Source: the human T2T-CHM13v2.0 reference genome, Homo sapiens. Taken from it: 64,000 nucleotides of DNA. Positions 35,085-45,635 of this stretch are shown here, one piece after another; the stretch's first letter is position 1, and each line of letters starts with the position of its first letter. The notes under the pieces are model-generated. The model had not been told where the DNA came from. It searched no databases and was given only the letters and a program-made list of their open reading frames with translations. The position numbers were made by a program, and so were the translations under genes. The stretch lies in NCBI RefSeq assembly GCF_009914755.1, contig NC_060929.1. The stretch is one strand, 5' to 3'.

Positions 35085-35314
35085 TGGCCTGGATTCTTTT
35101 TTGACTGTTTTTAAAAAAAATTGGATCATTATTTTAATCAGTTAATACTGATTGTATTTTTTCCCCCAAAGAAGTCAGAATCAATATTTTAGAATGAGAA
35201 ATCTCCTACATTTTAAATATTGGTCACATTAAACATTAGGCTAGATTCTGGTCTTGGTTTGACAATTTGTGGTTTCTGGTACAAGACATTGAGGAATGTT
35301 GATTTGTAAAACTA

Positions 35315-35633
<319 letters not shown>

Positions 35634-36325
35634 ATGGGACAGTTGCAGAGCAAATGGCGAAATATATCTACAAGAACACACTCATCAATCAAAAGCTGAG
35701 TTAATTTAGTTAAATACACATTGGAGAAAAGAGGAAAATGTATTAAGGGAAGTGTCAGGTAATAAATATTGAATCAGGTCCTTGATTTGATTTTGAAGCA
35801 GAAATGAGCTATGTATGAAGGAGGTCCAGTAATAAAAACAATGGGAGATTTCTTCAATAGGGGTGAATAATTTTGTAGGTACTTATGCATTCTCAGCTAT
35901 AAATACCCCTGTAGAAGCAGCTAACATCATTAAATCCAAATATGAAAATTTATCCATGCTAAGTATTCACTACAAGAACCAATTGCACAAGTTGGGGATC
36001 TGATTTTAATAATTGGACTATATTTTTATATTAAAATTACTTTTCATCTTGAGCACTGTAAAATACCATACAAACTTATTACTTCATTAAGTCCTGATAT
36101 TACCCAATGAAGTAGATTATTTGTATTCCCACATTTGCTAAGAAATTAAGGTTTGGAAAAGTTTCATTCATTCATTTGACAAATATTTAATTTAGTATGC
36201 AGTAGTGAACAAAGCAAACCAAACCTCCTGCCTTCATGGAGTTTCAACTCCAGGTGAAACCAAGTAAACAGACACAGTAAATAGCCTTCCTTTCAGACGC
36301 AGCACTGTTTTTGAATTCAGGCTTG

Positions 36326-36897
36326 CCTTCCTTCCTTCTTTCCTTCCTTCCTTCCCTTCCTTCCTTCCTTCCTTCCTTCCTTCCTTCCTTCCCTTCCTTC
36401 CTTCCTTCCTTCTTTCTTTCTTTTTCTTTTCTTCTTTTTTTCTTTGAGGCTGGAGTGCAGTGGCATCATCTCAGCTCACTGCAACCTCTGACTCCCAGGT
36501 TCAAGCAATCCTCATGCCTCAACCTCTCAAGTAGCTGGGATTACAGGTGTTCACCACCATGCCTGGCTAATTTTTTTATTTTTAATTTTTATTTATTTGT
36601 TTGTTTATTTGTTTATTTTTTGAGACAGAGTCTTGTTCTGTTGCCTAGGCTGGAGTGCAGTGGCATGATCTTGGCTCACTGTAACCTCCACCTCCTGGGT
36701 TCAAGCGATCCTCGTGCCTCAGCCTCCTGAGTAGCTGGGACTACAGGTGTGTGCCACCATGCATGGCTAATTTTTTTGTATTTTTAGTAGAGGCAGGGTT
36801 TTGCCATGTTGGCCAGGCTGTTCTCGAACTCTTGACCTCAAGTGATTCACTCACCTTGGCCTCCCAAAGTGCTGGGAGTGCAGGCTTGAGCCAGGCT
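36326..36897 (-). mobile_element. (CCTT)n tract, Alu right arm and a second Alu
   Basis: Polypyrimidine repeat about 36326-36445 followed by two GGAGTGCAGTGG-containing arms. Confidence 0.88.
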
Positions 36898-36949
36898 TTC
36901 TATTAAGCCTAGCTACAAACCTTCTAGTAAATGGCTGTTGCTCTTCATT

Positions 36950-38137
36950 TTACTTTATTTATAATATATAAAATATATAAAATATAAAACAATATTACAT
37001 ATACGTGTGTGCATATGTGTGTGTACACACATATACACACGCATGTGTGTGTGTACACATATATACACGCATATGTATAAAATGTATACCTATATAATTT
37101 TTATTTATATATAAATTTATATATAATATATATTTATATATAATATATAAATTTATATATAATATATATTATATATAATATATAAATTTATATATAATAT
37201 ATATTATATATAATATATAAATTATATATAATATATATTATATATAATATATAAATTTATATATTATATATTATATATAATATATAAACTTTTATATTAT
37301 ATAAATTTATATAATATATAAATATATAATATATAAATATATATGATATATATAAATTTATATAATATATAAATATATATGATATATATAAATTTATATA
37401 ATATATAAATATATATGATATATATAAATTTATATAATATATAAATATATATGATATATATAAATTTATATAATATATAAATATATATGATATATATAAA
37501 TTTATATAATATATAAATATATATGATATATATAAATTTATATAATATATAAATATATATGATATATATAAATTTATATAATATATAAATATATATGATA
37601 TATATAAATTTATATAATATATAAATATATATGATATATATAAATTTATATAATATATAAATATATATGATATATATAAATTTATATAATATATAAATAT
37701 ATATGATATATATAAATTTATATAATATATAAATATATATGATATATATAAATTTATATAATATATAAATATATATGATATATATAAATTTATATAATAT
37801 ATAAATATATATGATATATATAAATTTATATAATATATAAATATATATGATATATATAAATTTATATAATATATAAATATATATATCATATGTATAAATT
37901 TATATAATATATAAATATATATATCATATGTATAAATTTATATATTATATAAATATATATGATATATATAAATTTATATATTATATAAATATATATGATA
38001 TATATAAATTTATATATTATATAGAAATTTTAATATAGTATATATAAATTTTTATATATTATATATAAAATATATATAATATATAAATAATAAAAAATTA
38101 TATATATAAATTTTTATATACATAAAACATATATATG
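36950..38137. repeat. AT-rich minisatellite with 15 perfect 36-bp units (37345-37884) and degenerate flanks
   Basis: Unit GATATATATAAATTTATATAATATATAAATATATAT; a G recurs every 36 nt from 37345 to 37849. Confidence 0.95.
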
Positions 38138-41100
38138 TAGGTGTGAGCCACTGTGCTGGGCCTGGATGCTGTTTAATAATAGTAGTAGTTTTGAGGTGCC
38201 AGCAGAGTGCAGACCTGTGACACAGTGAACCGAAGTTCTCAGGACAGCTGAGTAGCTGCTGGGTCATTCCTCAGTCACCTGACCTCAGCAGACGACCCTC
38301 TCTGCAGTTGGCTGTCCTGATCTGGGATAGTGGGGATGGCAATATCTGCTCCATGCATGGATGAGTTGGTGTGAAAATACAGCAGGAAATAACACAGGAA
38401 AGGTGTAAGTGCATCTAAAATCATATGTACATATTTGTGTAATGCTTGATGCATTACATGAGTGTTTTCAAGTAAAATATAGTGTTAATTTTAATAATGA
38501 CCCACTCTGTAATAGTGAAATTTCTAACAATCTGAAAATTTGCAGTGGTGTTCTGGGTGGTTGTGTTACCTTTAACGTTGTTGATTTAAAGAGGAGTGTT
38601 ACTTAGCTGCCTTAGAAACAGTTACAGCTGGGTGGCAGAGGGCACCAGGCAAGCTGACCCAGACACAATAAGAGCTACTGGAGAGAGCTGACTTCATCTA
38701 GGGAGGATGTAAGTGGACATTCTTTCATTCATCTAACAAATACTAACTGGTTGCCTAACATGTCTGTTTTGTTCATTGCTATATCCTCAGTGCTCAGAAA
38801 ACCTCATTGCCCTGAAAAGGTTTATGTTGTAATAGGGGAGGCCGTTAATGTATAGACGTGTTTATCTTAGGTCATAGTTGCTACAAAGAAAAGTGAGACT
38901 GTGGGATGGACAGGGGATGGGAGGGAGGGAGGGAGATTATATTAGCATAATTAGTACCAGCTGCCTCAGCAATCTCTGAAATTTCAGTGGCTTAGTCGGA
39001 CAAAGGATTTTTCTCTCACAAAGTATGATTGGGGTCGGTGACTCAGGGACCCAGGCTCCCTCTGTCTTCCGGTATCTCCAAGGAAGGAGAAGAAAGGAGG
39101 GATGGAAAGCCCCATGGTTCTGACCGAATGAAGCGATGATGTGGCATGGTGGATCTCCCGGGGAAGAGGGCTCCAGGGAGAGAGAAAAGCGAAGGCAAAA
39201 ACTTCAGCAAGAAACGTGCTTGACTTGTCCCAAAAATAGCAAAGCAACCACTGTGGCTTCTTTCAGTGGAAAAGGGGGCTGGAAAGATAGCCAAGGGCCA
39301 GGCTATCTAAGGCCTCTCAGGCCAAGGGAGGAAGTAAGAAAATGCAATTGTTTGGGGTCATTTAGTGTCCCCTAAAAACTTTACAGAAGCATATGGGTGG
39401 TTATAATGATTGTGTAAACTAAACTGTGAATAATATGCTCCATTTTCTAGAGAAATCTTTACAAAATGTGTTACTGTATCTATTTCCCTGAGTGAACAGT
39501 TATAGGTTGTTAATACTGGAGCACAATTTTCTACATATCTAAGACCCTCTAGAGGTAGGGGTTTTCCTGCCACTAGTGGCCATAGGGCCAAACATCATGA
39601 CAGCCTGTCCTCATCCTTCTGGAAGCCTGATGCGCGGCAAGCACAGAGGCCTCCCACTGGACTCCTACAAAGTAAGCACCTGCAGACGCCCATGCCCCAG
39701 TGCTACAAACAACCTTGGACACCCAATAATTCCTCAACCACCATTTCTACAGAGTAGCTCAACCAGTCTGTAAAAAATCATCACCTTAAACTCCTGGAAT
39801 TTTCACACCTGAAATAAGCCCAAAGTTACTGTACTTAACTCTAATCTAAAAAGTAACTACTAAACGAACAGAAGGGGTGAAACTAAATTTATTTATCTTA
39901 CATATTCTAGGTTAGCTTTTCAGAAGTAAAATGAGTCATATTCTAGAGGTTTAGTTAATGTGGACTTCATGTTTCTGACCACATGAAATGTTGGCATTGA
40001 AATTCAATGAGCCCTGTTGCTTACTGTGAGAATAGTCAAAACCCAGAATTTTCAGCTAAAAATGTAATTTAGAATATGCTTACTGAATTGAATTAAGGTT
40101 TTGCATTAGGATAAACACTGTGGGAGTGATTCTGGTATAGTGGGTTTGTGTTTTTGTGCAAGATGCTTACAATACCACAGCCCTTAGAATAATTGTACAC
40201 TCTTCTGGCCCGTTTCCCAGGTTTCCTTGAAAAGGGTCAGAGGACAGGCTGAAATTAATGACACATGAATGCAGAACCTCAATTAGAAGTGTCTTCAAAG
40301 GAATAATTAGGCTAGACTTAATAAGGGGATTAAGAGAAGAAAAAGCTTTGGGCAAATTATACACTGAAGGAAAGGAAGATAGGAAACAAGGCAACGATAG
40401 ATTGGAGCTGATTATTTCAGGAAGTGATTTTTGTTCTATTTATCTTAAAAATAATATAAATATAGTGAGACATAGAGACAACAGATGGATGGATGGTCAC
40501 TGACCTCTTACTAGGAGTGGCAATGTGAACATTGGGACGCTTCCTGGTGCATGTACCCTGCAATTGTTAGTTTAGTACCCCTATTCCCTTTGTGAAAGAG
40601 GCCAGGGATTTTGCTTCCCCCAAATAACAGTAACAGCAGCAAAAGCAGCAACAAACCCTTCAAATCTGCTTACCCTGCCAGATATTGTTTCACTTTCCTC
40701 ATCTGTAAAATAGGGATTACTTTATGATGGAATCCCCACAACAACCCCCGGAGGTAGGTACGATATAAGTGCCTTGTTCCAGGTCATACAGCTAGGTAGT
40801 GTCAGAACACAGATTGAAATTCAGAAGCCTGGCTCCGAAGTTTGAGCTCTCATTCACCGCACTACATATATCTATGGGAGGATAGGCGACACATGCATGT
40901 AATAAATGTGTGAGCATTTATTGTACTGGAAACTCTCCAGCTCCTCCCTCTCTACATGATCCTTTGCTTCTAATTTTGTCAATCACAGCACCTTCCCTGG
41001 CCCTTACTTTGTTCTTGCCAATCTCCTCTCCTTGAGCAGAAGAGGGAAGGGAGCCTGCTCTGTAGGTGAACAGCTCCTCCGCAGAGGCATCCTGTTTTCT

Positions 41101-41289
41101 TAGTGCAATCACTAATTCGCATTGCAAAATGCTTTATTACATGACTGGGTTAAGCCATTCTAGGAGCATTCACTGAGCGCTCAGAGTGGGAACGTTTATC
41201 AGGCATGCAAATGCTAACTTACTTTCTAGAGAATGTTTAACTTAAAAGCCTAAAGAAATCTCAGATAATTCACTTCGGAGTAGAAACCT

Positions 41290-43260
41290 CCTTCAGCCGC
41301 GCTCACTACGGCGCCCGGCTTCGCGGCACCGGCCACTAGAGGGCAGTGGCCGCCGCAAAGCCGACGCGGGCGGTGGGCTCCGCGGCTCGGCCATCGCTTG
41401 CTCTCGCCTGGCAAGGGGCTCTCGGCCGTGGATTAGCGCAGCTGGAGACGTGGGAGGCCGCGGGCCCCGCCCCCGACCGGCGGCGGCTGCGGCGGCCCAG
41501 CGCGGCAGTCGGCGCTGCGAAGTGGAGGCGCTGCGAGCGGAGCCGCGCGGAGGGCGCGACCGGCTGGTCCGGGCAGCGTGGGTTTGCCGCCTTCGGGGCT
41601 CCAGTCCGCGCGCCAGGGCTCGAGCAGTACCGCGGGCCCCTCAGGTGGGCCTCGGCTCGGGACGCCGGGAGTCGGGACCGCCAGTCGGGGCGCCGGGACC
41701 ATGGCGCTGCGCGCCCGGGCGCTGTACGACTTCAGGTCGGAGAACCCCGGAGAGATCTCGCTGCGAGAGCACGAGGTGCTGAGCCTGTGCAGCGAGCAGG
41801 ACATCGAGGGCTGGCTCGAGGGGGTCAACAGCCGCGGCGACCGCGGCCTCTTCCCGGCCTCCTATGTGCAGGTGATCCGCGCCCCCGAGCCTGGCCCGGC
41901 GGGAGACGGCGGCCCGGGCGCCCCGGCCCGCTACGCCAATGTGCCCCCCGGGGGCTTCGAGCCCCTGCCCGTCGCGCCCCCCGCCTCCTTCAAGCCGCCG
42001 CCTGACGCCTTCCAGGCGCTGCTGCAGCCACAGCAGGCGCCGCCTCCGAGCACCTTCCAGCCGCCCGGCGCGGGCTTCCCGTACGGCGGGGGCGCCCTGC
42101 AGCCGTCGCCTCAGCAGCTCTACGGCGGCTACCAGGCCAGCCAAGGCAGCGATGATGACTGGGACGACGAGTGGGACGACAGCTCCACGGTGGCGGACGA
42201 GCCGGGCGCTCTGGGCAGCGGAGCATACCCGGACCTCGACGGCTCGTCTTCGGCGGGTGTGGGCGCAGCCGGCCGCTACCGCCTGTCCACGCGCTCCGAC
42301 CTGTCCCTGGGCTCCCGCGGCGGCTCGGTCCCCCCGCAGCACCACCCGTCGGGGCCCAAGAGCTCGGCCACCGTGAGCCGCAACCTCAATCGCTTCTCCA
42401 CCTTCGTCAAGTCCGGCGGGGAGGCCTTCGTGCTGGGGGAGGCGTCAGGCTTCGTGAAGGACGGGGACAAGCTGTGCGTGGTGCTGGGGCCCTATGGCCC
42501 CGAGTGGCAGGAGAACCCCTACCCGTTCCAGTGCACCATCGACGACCCCACCAAGCAGACCAAGTTCAAGGGCATGAAGAGCTACATCTCCTACAAGCTG
42601 GTGCCCACGCACACGCAGGTGCCGGTGCATCGGCGCTACAAGCACTTCGACTGGCTGTACGCGCGCCTGGCGGAGAAGTTCCCGGTCATCTCCGTGCCCC
42701 ACCTGCCCGAGAAGCAGGCCACCGGCCGCTTCGAGGAGGACTTCATCTCTAAGCGCAGGAAGGGCCTGATCTGGTGGATGAACCACATGGCCAGCCACCC
42801 AGTGCTGGCGCAGTGCGACGTCTTCCAGCACTTCCTGACGTGCCCCAGCAGCACCGACGAGAAAGCCTGGAAGCAGGGCAAGAGGAAGGCCGAGAAGGAC
42901 GAGATGGTGGGCGCCAACTTCTTCCTGACCCTTAGCACGCCCCCCGCCGCTGCCCTTGACCTGCAGGAGGTGGAGAGCAAGATAGACGGCTTCAAGTGCT
43001 TCACCAAGAAGATGGACGACAGCGCGCTGCAGCTCAACCACACGGCCAACGAGTTCGCGCGCAAGCAGGTGACCGGCTTCAAAAAGGAGTATCAGAAGGT
43101 GGGCCAGTCCTTCCGCGGCCTCAGCCAGGCCTTTGAGCTGGACCAGCAGGCCTTCTCGGTGGGCCTGAACCAGGCTATCGCCTTCACCGGAGATGCCTAT
43201 GACGCCATTGGCGAGCTCTTCGCGGAGCAGCCCAGGCAGGACCTGGATCCCGTCATGGAC
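41290..43260. promoter_or_regulatory. SNX18: CpG island / SNX18 promoter and first exon
   Basis: Abrupt rise in GC and CpG content; GC box GCCCCGCCCC at about 41465-41474; no TATA box seen. Confidence 0.92.
41330..41348 (+). promoter_or_regulatory. Candidate CTCF site at the 5' edge of the CpG island
   Basis: CGGCCACTAGAGGGCAGTG is a near-consensus CTCF motif. Confidence 0.7.
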
Positions 43261-43321
43261 CTATTAGCGCTGTATCAGGGGCATCTGGCTAACTTCCCGG
43301 ACATCATCCACGTTCAGAAAG
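41701..43321 (+). CDS. SNX18: Sorting nexin 18, coding exon 1 of the spliced isoform (SH3, low-complexity, PX, most of BAR)
   Basis: Kozak GGGACCATGG; SH3 ALYDF...GWLEG...GLFPASYV; [10 protein letters not shown] at 42151-42180; [11 protein letters not shown]; donor AAAG|GTAAAG at 43321/43322. No downstream exon recognised in this window. Confidence 0.95.
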
Positions 43322-43587
43322 GTAAAGCCTGGCCCTTAGAGCAGGTGATATGGAGTGTATTGTGCAGGCTGAAAGGGGCGACTTTGACAGCAGTACCACT
43401 GTGGGTTTCAGACTCATATTCTACAGGTGAGGAAGCGAGCAGAGACGTGGACGCCTGGGTCTTTTCCCTAGAGTGTAAGTTGGATTGCTCGACAGGCAGC
43501 TTCCTCCTCGAGTATCTTGCATTAGGGAATGAGTACTCTTTCTCGAAGGTTCAAAGAGTACCTTTGATGACAGTGCTATCATTTTAG
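41701..43587 (+). CDS. SNX18: SNX18 unspliced read-through isoform, 628 aa
   Basis: The frame stays open 87 codons past the donor to TAG at 43585-43587. Confidence 0.85.
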   Translation: MALRARALYDFRSENPGEISLREHEVLSLCSEQDIEGWLEGVNSRGDRGLFPASYVQVIRAPEPGPAGDGGPGAPARYANVPPGGFEPLPVAPPASFKPPPDAFQALLQPQQAPPPSTFQPPGAGFPYGGGALQPSPQQLYGGYQASQGSDDDWDDEWDDSSTVADEPGALGSGAYPDLDGSSSAGVGAAGRYRLSTRSDLSLGSRGGSVPPQHHPSGPKSSATVSRNLNRFSTFVKSGGEAFVLGEASGFVKDGDKLCVVLGPYGPEWQENPYPFQCTIDDPTKQTKFKGMKSYISYKLVPTHTQVPVHRRYKHFDWLYARLAEKFPVISVPHLPEKQATGRFEEDFISKRRKGLIWWMNHMASHPVLAQCDVFQHFLTCPSSTDEKAWKQGKRKAEKDEMVGANFFLTLSTPPAAALDLQEVESKIDGFKCFTKKMDDSALQLNHTANEFARKQVTGFKKEYQKVGQSFRGLSQAFELDQQAFSVGLNQAIAFTGDAYDAIGELFAEQPRQDLDPVMDLLALYQGHLANFPDIIHVQKGKAWPLEQVIWSVLCRLKGATLTAVPLWVSDSYSTGEEASRDVDAWVFSLECKLDCSTGSFLLEYLALGNEYSFSKVQRVPLMTVLSF

Positions 43588-44259
43588 AGTTTGAATAGTT
43601 GAGTAATGAGCTGCTCAAATCTGTAATCTTGAGACGAGGATAGAATTAGAAGGGGACCTAAACCATGTTAGGTATCTGTTTGAACACTGCACTGTCACTT
43701 AGTGGTGAGTTTCAAAAAGTGAGGAAATAATGGAGAAGAACGGATGTCTGTAAATAGAAATCTGCTTTCACCCTTCCACACCTCTCAATCTCTGCTTTGG
43801 TAGAGGAATTAAGATCAATTCTCTGAGTTTAAGAACTTCCTGCAAAGAATTCTTGCCTGCAACCTTTACGAAGTGAAGTAATTTCAGGAAAAGCGTACTC
43901 ATTTTGAGTTTGAAATCTATTAATGTACTGAAATTGAGAACGTTGTTTAGGAAAATTGTTTAGGGAAACTACATAGAATGAATATAATCTGAGTATTGGA
44001 TCTGAGAGCAGCGTTGCTGGTATCCCAGTGAGTTAGCTGTCCAACTATCAGAGTTCATGAGTTATTAATAGTTGTTAGTGTCTCTGACCTTTGCTAAAGC
44101 ACCAGAATTTGCAAATTAAAAAAATATATAGCAGTAGTGCTTGTCTTAACATTTCTTACTAATGTGCATTCTCATATAATGCCTTGATTGAGAGAATGGG
44201 GAGGTGTGGGAGTTAGGGAGGCAGTCTTGCCTGTGAAAGTCCAGTGTAGGGGCGGCTGG

Positions 44260-44314
44260 GCAGGGAAACCTACTCCTGAGCAGGGAAACCTACTCCTGAG
44301 CAGGGAAACCTACT
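44260..44314. repeat. 20-bp tandem repeat, about 2.7 copies
   Basis: (GCAGGGAAACCTACTCCTGA)n read directly. Confidence 0.95.
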
Positions 44315-45192
44315 GTCCCTGTTTCCTCAGCGGGTCTGGCCTTTACTGGTGAAGTGCTCACTGCCTTTCTGGTGGGCCAGTCCGTTTATGAGCAACCCTG
44401 ATCTCTGGCATGTCTTTTCTTGTATTGAACTGAAGTTTGCCTCCCTTGATTGTCTTTCTGTTCCCTGGGACCGCCTTCAGACATTTGGAGACAGCAGTCT
44501 CGCTTCCTTCCTCTCTGCTTCTCTCCTTCCCCTTCCAAATGCGTGACTGGTCTTCTGACTCCTATGGGGGAAGGGGCTTGCTGGGAGAATGATCAAACGT
44601 TTTCAGTCTTGTTGCTGCCGCTGAAAGGGAGTACCCTGGACATCAGTACTAATTTTAGTAGACAGTAGTAACTTTCTTGGCAATTTGCGATTTGTAAATG
44701 CAGTCTAATATTGAATTCGCTTTTTGTGCAATCATATTGCTGTTGGCCTGTATTAAACCTGTATTTACATTACCTATGCCTTTTTTTAAAACATAAATTG
44801 TTATGAATCTTTGACTTTTTTGACTGGTGTTGGTGGAACTGCCTTTGTGAGCCTTTAATGGAGGGATTTAGCATTTAAATTCCATTGTGTTACATCATTC
44901 TGGACCTATGCTGGCTGCCCTTTTACACATTTCTGTGAGTTTGTGCAAATTACTGGTGAACAGTTGAAAGGATGGAACCAAGTACAGACACTTGGACATG
45001 TGTGCTGGGCCGCTGGTGTCTGTCTACTTTAGGTTGGCATCAGTTCATTCACTGTCAATCACACCATGCACTCAGGCTTTGTCAAATGGCCTGCTTTTGA
45101 AATTATATATTAGAAAAGGTATGGTGTGTGTTCTAATATCTATTTTGAGTTTACAGCAATGGTCTACTTAGTCTATTAAACCATCTGGTTAT

Positions 45193-45635
45193 GGCCAGGG
45201 TTACGCCTGTAATCCCAGCATTTTGGGAGGTCGAGGCAGGAGGATTGCCTTAAGGCCAGGAGTTCGAGACCAGCCTGGGCAACATAGGGAGACTCCCTTG
45301 TCTACAAAAAATAAAGAAGTTAGCGTGGCATGGTGGCTCATACCTATAGTCCTAGCTACTAGGGAGGCTGAGGCTGGAGGATTGCTTGAGGCTAGGAGTT
45401 AATTTGAGGTTGCAGTGAGGCATAATTGAACCATTGCCCTCCAGCTTGGGTGACAGAGCAAGACCCTGTGTCCAAAACAAAAAATATATAGCTTATTTAC
45501 TTCTTTATTTATTTTGTAGAGACAGGTGTCTTGCTATGTTGCCCAGGCTTGTCTCTAACTCTTGGGCTCAAGCAATCCTTCCAGCTCAGCCTCCCGAAGT
45601 GCTGGGATTACAAGCGTGAACCACCATGCCCGGCC
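45193..45635. mobile_element. Sense AluJ (45193-45485) and antisense Alu monomer (about 45500-45635), tail to tail
   Basis: Consensus Alu arms in opposite orientations. Confidence 0.88.

Noticed and set aside
37345-37884. CRISPR-like array (36-bp periodicity)
   Set aside because: Units are contiguous with no unique spacers, there are no cas genes, and the context is eukaryotic.
37257-37889. 210-aa ORF of repeated YISYIFIYYINL
   Set aside because: Translation of the 36-bp minisatellite; the unit length is divisible by 3 and happens to lack a stop in this frame.
39569-39580. GCCACTAGTGGC palindrome as a CTCF site
   Set aside because: Spacing is one base short of the CTCF core, and a 12-bp palindrome is expected by chance in 64 kb.
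41346-43082. Several long overlapping and antisense ORFs over SNX18
   Set aside because: Expected from stop-codon scarcity in GC-rich coding DNA; no recognisable domains.
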